A stretch of DNA of 64,000 bases from a virus: UHGV virus genome UHGV-0020019, one strand, 5' to 3'. Positions 8,792-18,800 of the stretch are shown one piece after another (the first letter of the stretch is position 1; each line of letters begins with the position of its first letter). The position numbers and the translations under genes were made by a program. The notes under the pieces were generated by a model that did not search any database, was not told where the DNA came from, and was given only the letters and a program-made list of their open reading frames with translations.

Positions 8792-9838
8792 ATGAGAAGA
8801 CCAAAGAAAGTAGAAGGAGGTTCAGATATGGATAATACATTAATGGAAGGTGTGGAGATTGATGTTACACCACAGGCAGAAATATTGCCAGAGAGGTCAG
8901 AAGTTGTAGAGGAGATTACTAAGAAAGTCAATAAACCTACAGCTCAGCAGTATTATAGTAATGAACCAGTTAATTGTTTGAAAAATGAGAAAATCATTGT
9001 AAGGTTTGTTCCAAGTCCTACAGCAATGGTTCAGAGAAAGGGACATATTCTGTATGGTGGTATGGCTGAGAATGCTACAAGAAGCTTTGTAGTGCCAAGA
9101 CTAAATAAGACAGGTATGTTCAAGAATGTTCTTACAGATAATGAGAAATCCTTCCTTGAGAGGGTTATGGGTTTGGAAATCAATGCTCTCAGTATCTATA
9201 AGAAAGAGAATAACTTTTGGGATGACAGTAACCCTAATGGTATTGGTAGGGTAACCCTGCATAAGCAGGATAACTACTTTGACCTTAGTATCCCAGAGCA
9301 GTATATACAGTATAAGATTCTACTTGCCAATAAGGATTATATTGCAGCATCTATGGAGGAATTGGAGAATAGACCAAAGGCAACTTATCAGTTTGTAATT
9401 ATCTCTGAGGGTGCAGAGGCACAGAAAAACCTCAGTAGGATGGATGTTACGATGGAGTGTTATACAGAGTATGGCGCTGTTAGAAATGATAAAAATACCC
9501 TTAAAACTATCATCGAGATTCTTGAAAAGAGACCTATCAGCCCTAGTGTCAAGATTGACTACTTGCAGAATAAAATTAATGAGTATATTCAGGCAGATCC
9601 AAGGAAGTTCCATTCTGTCATTAAGGATGAACTCCTTCCTGCAAAGGTTCTTATCAAGAGAGCTGTAGAGGCAGGTTTGATAGGTACGAAGAATAATACC
9701 TATTATCTCCGTAAGGATGGTTCTGCTCTTTGTGAAATGAATGAAGATAGTACTCTGAATAATGCTGCTAGATATATCAGCAGTATTAAGCATCAGGAAC
9801 TCAAGTATATGCTGGAAGCACAGTTGAAAGAAGAATAA
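8792..9838 (+). CDS. hypothetical structural protein (348 aa)
   Basis: Intact ORF in the structural operon. SD-like 'aaggag' lies 9 nt upstream. An alternative start at the internal ATG near 8828 is preceded by 'ggagg'. Confidence 0.4.
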   Translation: MRRPKKVEGGSDMDNTLMEGVEIDVTPQAEILPERSEVVEEITKKVNKPTAQQYYSNEPVNCLKNEKIIVRFVPSPTAMVQRKGHILYGGMAENATRSFVVPRLNKTGMFKNVLTDNEKSFLERVMGLEINALSIYKKENNFWDDSNPNGIGRVTLHKQDNYFDLSIPEQYIQYKILLANKDYIAASMEELENRPKATYQFVIISEGAEAQKNLSRMDVTMECYTEYGAVRNDKNTLKTIIEILEKRPISPSVKIDYLQNKINEYIQADPRKFHSVIKDELLPAKVLIKRAVEAGLIGTKNNTYYLRKDGSALCEMNEDSTLNNAARYISSIKHQELKYMLEAQLKEE

Positions 9839-9917
9839 GTGAATTTGAATTTATCATACATGGAGTCTAAGGGAGGGAGGTAAAAGCCCTTCCAACTCCC
9901 TTTAAAACTATAAAGAT

Positions 9918-10844
9918 ATGTCAGTAGAAGAAATGGATAATATGTTTGATGTGTTGTATAATAATATAACCTCAAACCAAGCACCAGGATTAAATGCTTA
10001 TGAGAAGAGTGTTTTCCTTACCAAAGGTCAGGATGAGACTCTTAAGAATTACTTTAATCCTAAAAGTAAGGGCAACAATACCCAAGAAGGCTTTGATGGT
10101 AGTGCTAAAAGACAGGTGGATTTCTCCATGCTTACTACTGTAGCTACTACAGGTACAACTTCTTATTCCTATAGTCTTGTAGCTGGTAAATCTGATAAAG
10201 ATGGACGACCTGTATATTCCAAATTAAGTGTTTTAAATTTTATTCCTAAATCTACCTATAGTTATACTGAGGCTTATGATTCAGACGGTAATGTATTAAA
10301 AGATACTATGGGAAATGCACTTTATATAAGGAACGATGGGACAGATATTTCTGGCTTTGATACTCCTCTCTTTGATATGAGAGAAAATACTAAGAGTATT
10401 ACTTTACCTCCAAAGCTTATGTATGCTATTAATGAGATGGTGGAAGTAAATAGAAACAATAAAAAGACTTTATTGCAAGTAGTGCCAGTTAAATTTGATG
10501 AATACTCAAGATTAATGTGTAAGCCTTATAAGAGACCATTGAAGTATCAGGCATGGAGGCTTACTAACAATGATGTTGTCAATAAAGCAGATATTGTAGT
10601 AGGTCCTTCAGATACTCTTATTAAATATACTATTAGATATGTAAGAAGACCTAATCCAATTATAGTATCTAATCTTGATGGTCTTACCATTGAAGGAAAG
10701 GGCACTGCTACTGAATGTGAATTAGATCCTATTCTTCACGAAGAAATACTTCAGAGGGCAGTAGAACTTGCTAAGATAGCATGGACTAATACAGGACAAG
10801 ATAACTTACAGGCAGTAATGCAGGCAGGTCAGAGAAGTGAATAA
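9918..10844 (+). CDS. hypothetical structural protein (308 aa)
   Basis: ORF in the co-oriented late operon. No motif recognised. Confidence 0.4.
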   Translation: MSVEEMDNMFDVLYNNITSNQAPGLNAYEKSVFLTKGQDETLKNYFNPKSKGNNTQEGFDGSAKRQVDFSMLTTVATTGTTSYSYSLVAGKSDKDGRPVYSKLSVLNFIPKSTYSYTEAYDSDGNVLKDTMGNALYIRNDGTDISGFDTPLFDMRENTKSITLPPKLMYAINEMVEVNRNNKKTLLQVVPVKFDEYSRLMCKPYKRPLKYQAWRLTNNDVVNKADIVVGPSDTLIKYTIRYVRRPNPIIVSNLDGLTIEGKGTATECELDPILHEEILQRAVELAKIAWTNTGQDNLQAVMQAGQRSE

Positions 10845-10849
10845 TTTTA

Positions 10850-11590
10850 ATGTTTATAAAGATGACTAGAGAAGAGTTTTCAAATGGATTTGATACTATG
10901 CTAAATAGCTATAGTGCTTCAGCTATGTTTGGTGAGGAATCTACCAAACAATCTGTATCACTTGATGAATATGAGAAGTCATTGTTTCTGACTAAAGCAC
11001 AAGATGAAATAGTCATTAGTCTTTATAGTGGTAAGAATCCTTATGGAGATTCTTTTGAGAGTACAGAGGAAATGAGAAGATATTTATCTAACCTTGTAGC
11101 AGAAAAGTATTTGAAACCAATAACCAATACCAGTGGTACTCCATTGGGAATCACAAGTACTTCCACATTCTTCACTCTTCCTGAGGATTTATGGTTTATA
11201 ACCTTGGAATCAGTAATACTTGAGAGTAGTAAATGCAAGAATGAAACTTATATGAAAGTCTATCCTACTAAACAGGATGAATATCAGATTATCAAGGATA
11301 ACCCATTTAGAGGAGCTAATGATAGGAGAGCTTTAAGGTTAGACTTATCAGAAGGTAATGTGGAGATTATCTGCAAGTACTTAATTACAAAATATTATAT
11401 AAGGTATATCAAGAAGATTCCTCCTATTATACTTACTGACTTACCAGATAACTTGACCATTGAGAAAAAGAGGGAAGCTAGCGATTGTATATTACATGAA
11501 GCTCTTCATCAGAAGATTCTTGATAGAGCAGTACAGATAGCTCTTCAGAGTAAAGGTTATAGTTTACAAAGAGAAAATAGAGATAATTAA
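10850..11590 (+). CDS. hypothetical structural protein (246 aa)
   Basis: Starts 6 nt after the upstream stop. Shares a weak N-terminal pattern 'Y(E)KS(V/L)FLTK.QDE' with the 308-aa protein, a possible distant duplication. Confidence 0.4.
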   Translation: MFIKMTREEFSNGFDTMLNSYSASAMFGEESTKQSVSLDEYEKSLFLTKAQDEIVISLYSGKNPYGDSFESTEEMRRYLSNLVAEKYLKPITNTSGTPLGITSTSTFFTLPEDLWFITLESVILESSKCKNETYMKVYPTKQDEYQIIKDNPFRGANDRRALRLDLSEGNVEIICKYLITKYYIRYIKKIPPIILTDLPDNLTIEKKREASDCILHEALHQKILDRAVQIALQSKGYSLQRENRDN

Positions 11591-11637
11591 TACCTACCTA
11601 TTTGATAGGTTTATGTTTAATTTAATACATAATAAAA

Positions 11638-12657
11638 ATGAGTGTATTTTCAACTAATCAGAACAGACAGTTCTATGTAGCAAATAAGTTGGTTACAGGT
11701 GCTACTGCCTTGGCTAACAAAGGTGAGATGAAGGTAAAGAGTATTGGTGACATCGAGAAGGAAGTTTACTTTGAGGTTCTTGGTCCAGATACTGTACTTA
11801 AGAGTGATTATATCCAAGTAAAGAATATCACAGCTGCTAAGGCTATTAAGGCTGTTGATATGGAGACACCAATGAAAAAGATATTGGTAACTTTGGATTC
11901 AAATGTAAATGGGGGTGCTCCAGTTGTGGGTCAGGATTATATTCTCCGTATTAATCTTCGCCAATTCTATGGTATGAGTGATCAGGATCAGTACTTTAAG
12001 GATGCAGCAGTACATGCAATTAAAGGTATGACTGCTACTAAGTTCTATGCTGAAATGGAGAAGGCTCTTAACCTTTGTTTCTCTAGGGAAGTAGGTGCAA
12101 ATGCAAAGAGCAATCCATATCTTGCATTCAGTTCCAGTGCAGCAGGTCTTGTTATTGAGGAGAAGCCTCAGTCTTGGCATCTTGGTACAGAAGCACAAGA
12201 GAGAGTATATTTTGATGTAGTTCCTACTACAATCTATGATGGTACTACAGATCTTATCTGGGGTAAGGCTACAGAGCAGACTGCTACTACAAAGATTGGT
12301 AATGGCAAGAAGATTGCAGATCTTGAATACTTCTGTTTGGGTGAACGTGGTGACCAGTATAGAAAGATTGGTTGGCCTAATGATGTAGAGACTATAGGTA
12401 TGGTAGATCATACCAAGACCTATGATGTCTTTGAAATTCATTATGCTTTCACAGATACAGGTGTAAATAGTTACAGATCAGAGAAGGATATTACTATTGC
12501 TGTTCCTACAGCAGTTAAGTCTACTGATGGTGGTGGTGCAGATTATACTGTTATTGATGCTATCATTGGTGCATTTAATACAGCTACAGGTCTTAGTGTA
12601 GCTACTCTCTCTACAGAGAAGGGTGCATCAAAGGTCACCGCAGAGGAAGATGTATAA
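11638..12657 (+). CDS. abundant virion protein (339 aa): auxiliary capsid / decoration or tube-type protein
   Basis: High-expression codon usage. Followed by a G/C-rich hairpin and T-run terminator. Beta-rich Thr/Gly/Val composition with an Ig-like C-terminus. Function unassigned. Confidence 0.4.
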   Translation: MSVFSTNQNRQFYVANKLVTGATALANKGEMKVKSIGDIEKEVYFEVLGPDTVLKSDYIQVKNITAAKAIKAVDMETPMKKILVTLDSNVNGGAPVVGQDYILRINLRQFYGMSDQDQYFKDAAVHAIKGMTATKFYAEMEKALNLCFSREVGANAKSNPYLAFSSSAAGLVIEEKPQSWHLGTEAQERVYFDVVPTTIYDGTTDLIWGKATEQTATTKIGNGKKIADLEYFCLGERGDQYRKIGWPNDVETIGMVDHTKTYDVFEIHYAFTDTGVNSYRSEKDITIAVPTAVKSTDGGGADYTVIDAIIGAFNTATGLSVATLSTEKGASKVTAEEDV

Positions 12658-12680
12658 TCATCTTTGATAGGTTAAACAAG

Positions 12681-12720
12681 GGGGATTGGGGAAGTGTATC
12701 CCTTTCCCTCTTTTTTGTTT
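12681..12720 (+). terminator. terminator-like G/C-rich hairpin plus T-run after the 339-aa gene
   Basis: 'gggg..aagtgta..tccc' hairpin inside 'aagggggattggggaagtgtatccctttccctc', followed by 'ttttttgtttt'. Confidence 0.4.
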
Positions 12721-12739
12721 TATTAGTTAATAAGAAAGT

Positions 12740-13357
12740 ATGAGTGTAATATTTGATCAACTCAGAATTTCTGATGATGGCAAGAGAATGTATATAAATG
12801 CTCATGTAAACAAGGCTGATTTCTTTAAGGATATATACATTGATTCCATTGTTATTCAGACAGCAGATAAAGTATCTGAAACAGACCCTGGACTTCCTAC
12901 ATCAGACTATGTTTATATTAAGAAGGCAGAAGAGAATGCTAAGGAACTAAACTTGGTTCTTGAAGCTTCAGACTTATCTAAGTCTTGGGAATCAGACCCT
13001 AAGGATATAGCCTTTAATAAGGGAGATATGAGTAAGACTTTATTCTTTGTCTATATTAAGTGTAAAGGAACTCCAGATCCCTGCACACCTTGCAGACTTG
13101 ATGAGGAAACTACTCTAGGTATAGTATTTGATGAGAATATGCTGCATCAGAAGGTTATGGATTATACAAAGGAGTTAGTGGCAGATTGCAATGTTCCTAC
13201 AGCATTCATTGATTTCATTCTTCTATGGAATGCATTCAAGGCATCAATAGAGACAGAACATTATATTCCTGCTATCAAATTCTTCAACATGATGTTTGAG
13301 AAAGTAGGAAAATCCAATCAGAGTATAACAATTAAAACTTGTGGATGCAATGGGTGA
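12740..13357 (+). CDS. hypothetical structural protein (205 aa)
   Basis: ORF in the late operon. Confidence 0.4.
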   Translation: MSVIFDQLRISDDGKRMYINAHVNKADFFKDIYIDSIVIQTADKVSETDPGLPTSDYVYIKKAEENAKELNLVLEASDLSKSWESDPKDIAFNKGDMSKTLFFVYIKCKGTPDPCTPCRLDEETTLGIVFDENMLHQKVMDYTKELVADCNVPTAFIDFILLWNAFKASIETEHYIPAIKFFNMMFEKVGKSNQSITIKTCGCNG

Positions 13358-13727
13358 TATATTGTATGAAGCATTGACTAAGTATTACCATGCCTTGGAA
13401 GTAAAAGGCTATATGTCAAAAGCTCATAGTGCAAAGCTATTGATAATGGCTTTCTATTGGGACTTTATATACAATGATTACAGGGCATTGCTTAGTAAGA
13501 GAGAGTATTGTCTTATAGAGAGGGCTTTAGACTGTATCTATGGGACTAGTTGTTTAATACCTTATCCAGATTATTTAAAGATGGGAAAATTACATTTAGG
13601 TGAAATGACAGAGATGGCTCAGAGAATCAAGACTCTTGAAGAGACAGAAGTAGTTAAGGTTATTCATGACCTTGATAGTGTAAATGGTGAGTCTCAGTCT
13701 GATATAGTTATTATGGCTGAGGAGTAA
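13341..13727 (+). CDS. hypothetical protein (128 aa)
   Basis: Overlaps the upstream ORF by 17 nt, suggesting coupling. Confidence 0.35.
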   Translation: MDAMGDILYEALTKYYHALEVKGYMSKAHSAKLLIMAFYWDFIYNDYRALLSKREYCLIERALDCIYGTSCLIPYPDYLKMGKLHLGEMTEMAQRIKTLEETEVVKVIHDLDSVNGESQSDIVIMAEE

Positions 13728-13831
13728 TAATGAATAAGAGGTTTACTTAAATCAGTAAATAGTTTCTTTAATATGGCTCAGAGGTTAGTTAAAAAGAACT
13801 ACCTTTGAGCCATAATTAATAATAAGAAAAT

Positions 13832-14539
13832 ATGTTAGTTAAAGAAATTGTGTATGCTTGCCTAGATTTATCTAAGGCAGCTACATCTGATGATAGTTTT
13901 TGGACTGAAGATCATGTTATCTTTCTTTTAAAGAAATATAGGAGTTTCTTGATAAAGAAAGAACAGGAGAAGCAGAGAGCTACTACTGATATAGCCTCTG
14001 AGTTTGAGTATCAACAGATATGTTTAGACTTAGAGAAAGTACCTGCTATTGATGGAGAGCCTTGTACTGGAGGGTATTATCTCAGAACTGCTAAGAAGAT
14101 TCCTAAAATTTTAGAAGGTAATCAGCCCAGAGTATATCCTATAGACTTTTACCAGGGAATTAATATCAGTTATGTTCCTAGAGATAAAATGAGATATGTA
14201 GGTACTAATAAGTTCCTACAGAATATTATCTATGTTTCATTGGGTCCAGATTTACATCTTTATCTCAATAGCAATAATCCCCAGTTCCTATACTTAAAGA
14301 AACTACGAATGAGTGCAGTCTTTGAGGACTTTGATGAAATATCAAGTTATCTTTGTAATGATGATGGTAGTTCTATATCTTGTGATGTGTTGGATGAAGT
14401 ATTTCCTATAAGAGAATACCTGGTTCCTACATTAATAGAGTTAGTAGTTAAAGAATTAACTACTGCTAAATATCAACCTGTAGATGATAAAAACAATGCT
14501 GCTGATGATATATCTAAGGTATCAACTAAACAGAGTTAA
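13832..14539 (+). CDS. hypothetical structural protein (235 aa), possible head-tail connector
   Basis: Called by position only. Confidence 0.35.
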   Translation: MLVKEIVYACLDLSKAATSDDSFWTEDHVIFLLKKYRSFLIKKEQEKQRATTDIASEFEYQQICLDLEKVPAIDGEPCTGGYYLRTAKKIPKILEGNQPRVYPIDFYQGINISYVPRDKMRYVGTNKFLQNIIYVSLGPDLHLYLNSNNPQFLYLKKLRMSAVFEDFDEISSYLCNDDGSSISCDVLDEVFPIREYLVPTLIELVVKELTTAKYQPVDDKNNAADDISKVSTKQS

Positions 14540-14541
14540 TA

Positions 14542-15069
14542 ATGGACTATAAGGAATTTGAGAAGACTTTACATGACAGAACTCTTCCTAGGGAAGTCAA
14601 GGTAACTAATTCTTGGGGTGTATATAATAGCTATAAGGCTATACGTAAGCACCAATGGTATGATATAGGAAGACCTTTGAAGGAGCATGAATTTTATAGT
14701 ATTATCAGAGGAGTCAATGATTTACTGGCTGAAAACATAGCTAATGGTAAGGAAATCACATTTCCTTGTAGAATGGGAGGCTTGGAACTTAGAAAGATAC
14801 AGAGTGGCGTCAGCATTATAGACGGTAAGTTAAAGAATACCTATCCTATAGACTGGTTAAAGACAACAAAACTTTGGTTTGAAGATTTGGAAGCAAGAAA
14901 TAATAAGACTCTTCTTAGGAATGAGACAAAGTATATATATCATGTAAAGTACAATAAGTTCTGTGCTAACTATACCAACCGATGCTTCTATGAATTTAAA
15001 CTCAATAGGTTCATTAAGCTGACACTCAAAGAGAATATTAATAAAGGAAAAATCGATACACTATGGTAA
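14542..15069 (+). CDS. hypothetical structural protein (175 aa)
   Basis: Starts 2 nt after the upstream stop. Confidence 0.35.
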   Translation: MDYKEFEKTLHDRTLPREVKVTNSWGVYNSYKAIRKHQWYDIGRPLKEHEFYSIIRGVNDLLAENIANGKEITFPCRMGGLELRKIQSGVSIIDGKLKNTYPIDWLKTTKLWFEDLEARNNKTLLRNETKYIYHVKYNKFCANYTNRCFYEFKLNRFIKLTLKENINKGKIDTLW

Positions 15070-15833
15070 CAAATATACAATATACTAACATCAGAAGAGT
15101 ACTAGATGATATTACAGACCATCCTCTTCTAAGGGATGTAACTCTAGAGCAGGTAATCAGGCATACTATTAGATTTATATCCTTACATGGTTATCCTCAG
15201 CTTTATCAGGATAAGATAGATACTGTAGATATCAAGGACTTTAGAGGACTTCTTCCTTGTGACTTGATTTCCATTATTCAGGTAAAGGATTTAAAGACAG
15301 ATGTATGTCTCAGATCTATGACTGATACATTTACTCCAGGATTAAGACCTAAGCCTGATATGAGGAATCAGCCTAAGGATTTACTAAATAATTTGAAGCC
15401 TCTAGTAGATACTTATATCCCACCTATACAAGAATATAGAGAGGAGCCATCCTTCAAGACTCAAGGAAGGATTATCTTTACTTCTTTTCCTGAGGGTAGA
15501 GTAGAGATAGCTTATAAAGCTATTCCTGTAGATGAAGATGGCTTTCCTTTGCTGATAGATAATGAGACTTATCTAAATGCTCTGGAAGCATATATTAAGG
15601 TGAAAGTATTTACAGTAAAGTTTGATACAGGAAAGATACAGGCAGGAGTACTTAGTAATGCTCAGTCAGAATATGCTTGGGCTTCTCATCTTTTGCAGTC
15701 AGAAATGACAACACCTTCTATGTCAGAGATGGAGTCAATGACTAGATATCTGAATACATTGATTAAACCTGTTAGGGAATTTGACAAAGGTTTCAAATCC
15801 CTAGGAGATAGAGAATATTTAAGGAGACACTAA
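15063..15833 (+). CDS. hypothetical structural protein (256 aa)
   Basis: Overlaps the upstream ORF by 7 nt. The next gene starts 1 nt after its stop. Confidence 0.35.
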   Translation: MVTNIQYTNIRRVLDDITDHPLLRDVTLEQVIRHTIRFISLHGYPQLYQDKIDTVDIKDFRGLLPCDLISIIQVKDLKTDVCLRSMTDTFTPGLRPKPDMRNQPKDLLNNLKPLVDTYIPPIQEYREEPSFKTQGRIIFTSFPEGRVEIAYKAIPVDEDGFPLLIDNETYLNALEAYIKVKVFTVKFDTGKIQAGVLSNAQSEYAWASHLLQSEMTTPSMSEMESMTRYLNTLIKPVREFDKGFKSLGDREYLRRH

Positions 15834-15834
15834 T

Positions 15835-18800
15835 ATGGCTAAGAAATATATAAATTGGAAAACAAAGGGTATGAACAGAGATATGTCTGTTTCTGCCTTT
15901 AACCCAGAGTTTGCCTTTGAGAATGTCAATCTTAGATTGTCAACTAATGAAGGAAATACCACTATGTCATGGGTAAATGAGAAGGGTACAAGGAAAATGT
16001 TACTTCATATAGATGTAAGTACTTGGTTTCCTGAGGAAGGTTTTCATTTTACTATATTAGGTACACCTGTAGGTACAGCTGTGCTTAATCATAAATTAGT
16101 TATCTTCTCTACTGATAATGATGTAAATTCCTACATTTATGTGTTGGAAAAACCAAAGAATAAAAGTTATAACTTAGAAGGAAAGCTGCTTTATTGGGGT
16201 AATTTAGGCTTTAATACTGAATATCCTTTAGAGACACTAGTGTCCTATGAGTCTGAGAATATTCAAAAAGTCTATTGGACTGATGGGTTAAATCAGCCCA
16301 GAATGATTAATATTGCAGGAAATATTCAGACAGGCAATGACAATCAATTCGATTTTATTCCTAAGTTACAACTTAAGGAAAGCATACAGGTAACTAAGCT
16401 TTTAGGCTCTGGTGAGTTCTCTCCTGGAGTTATCCAGTATGCCTTTACCTATTATAATAAGTATGGTCAAGAAAGTAATATCTTCTATACAACACCTTTA
16501 TACTATATATCGTATAATGATAGAGGTGCCAGTCCTGAAGGAAAGGTGAGTAACAGTTTTGAAATTAAGATAGCTAATGCTGATAAGAATTTTGACTATA
16601 TTAGAGTATATTCAATACATAGAACAAGTATAAATGCTACTCCAGAGGTAAGAAAAGTTATAGACTTAGTTCCTTCTACAGTAAGTTCAAGAAGAGCATA
16701 TACAAGCTATGAGATTGATCTCCCAGCTGATAAAATGACTATGTGGAAATGGAAAACTGGTGCAGAAAAGACACTTGACCAATATACACCTTCAGACTCA
16801 GGGTCAAACTCTAAATCTTGGATATTTAGTACTAATGAATATATGAGTATAAACTTTGGTCGTGGTTACTTAACTTGGCCATTACTTGCAAATACCTCAT
16901 TCATTATTACTGTTACCAATGGTAACAAGGCAAGTATGAAACTGGTTAATGGTATGAGTATGACAGGTGTTACCAGTGAATCTATGGCTACCTATATTGA
17001 CAATGGTTTATCTGGAGATACGGTAGACCCTACAGAATTGTTATATAAAGGAGGAGAAGAAGTTATATTTGGTACAATGGATCAGAAGGACAATACTTTG
17101 TTTCTTGGAAACATTAAACTTAAGAGGAGTAGTATTGATGATACCATTAGAAACTATTTTAAAGAAAAGGACATTAACTTCGAGGTTAATGATTATAAAT
17201 CATTAAATTCTCCAGAAGCTAAAGGGTATTATCCCTACACTAATCAGCTTAAATCAAATTCTTATTTGTTCAAGACTTTCAAATATCTTGAATGGTATAG
17301 ATTTGGTATTCAAGCACAACATTATACAGGTAAATGGTCTGAGCCTATATGGATTAATGATGCTCAAAATACTGCTCATATAGATACTACATTTTATGAG
17401 GAGGGTTCTATAAAGTTACCAACAGCATATTTTACATTAAATGATACCACTATTATTAATAAATTGCTTGATGATGGCTATATTAGAATAAGACCTGTTG
17501 TAGTATATCCTACTATTAATGATAGGGAAGTTATATGTCAAGGTATTTTATGTCCTACTGTGTATAATGTATCCGACAGGTATAGTAATGCCCCATTTGT
17601 ACAGTCTTCATGGTTTGTAAGACCTAATGTTCCTTTTGATGTAGGAAATTCTTTAAGTACAGACCACCAATATACTAATGGTAGAATAGGAGATTGGAGA
17701 CCTTTAAGTAATCCTACTATAGAAAAGGAAGTAGATTTATATTCGAGAGCAGGAATATTATATAATGGTCCTAGTACACAAGAAGAAAGAGATAATGATA
17801 TAAAAAATAATATAGATGTTGTAAATAAAGGAGTAAGGTTAGAGTTTAGACATAATAAACCTATTCCTAGTAATGAACAAAGAAATGCTGAAATACAGTG
17901 TATTTATAATCCTCCAGAGTCTCCTTTTATAAATAACAAAACAAATGATAATAATGTAACTGCATTAAATTGGGTAAATGATAATGGTGAAAATTATTAT
18001 ATAGACCAATCTATATTAACTTTTCATTCACCTGATATAGAGTTTGATACTGCTACAAGAAGTCTTGATACATCTAATTTACAACTTAGAATTGTAGGTA
18101 TGGTTCCTATGACATCCTTTGTTGGGGATATTGATATACAAACTTCTACACCAGTTAATAATTTCAAGGGAAGTGATGAAACACCAAGAGGATTTTATAA
18201 AGAACCAATTGGTGTAGAAAATAGTTTTTCTTATACTGAAAACAATGGAAAGCTTTGTTTTGTTGAAGATTCTCATTTTGGCTATAGAAGTTTATCTGCT
18301 GGAGTATTCTGGTTAGATGAAATAACAGGGTTAAAACCTAATAATTCAAAGAAAGCTTCTACAGGTTTTGTAGTATATCCATGGCATAGAAATGGTTCTC
18401 TTAACAATACTAAATTTGCTAAAGATGGTTATAAGTCTGCAATGTTAGATAAAAAGAAACTTAGTAATATGAGATATTCTTATAAACCTTATTATTTTAG
18501 TGCTACTAAAATATGGAATGCTTATGAGAATGGCAATATTACTAAGACAGGTATTTCTGGAGTATCTATATTTGATTCAGATGAAATATCTCTTGTAAAG
18601 CTTCCTGCACCTAAGAACTCTGATTTGTCTGAACTTAATTATTATGGTAATGTAGATAAATTATTAACTATAACAAGAGTAGGAGATAAAAAGGATGGTT
18701 ATCCTATTATAACTACAGGTGCAGCTACTATTCTAGATAATGAAAATGAATTAGCAGATGATTCAACATCTATACATAGAACCTTTTCTCATAATGTATG

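Noticed and set aside
6360-9838. Intact group I intron carrying the HNH gene and splitting the capsid gene
   Set aside because: The 458-aa ORF ends with a normal stop and the downstream 348-aa ORF has its own start. The two do not read as contiguous exons. A degenerate intron remnant remains possible (see finding at 8446-8791).
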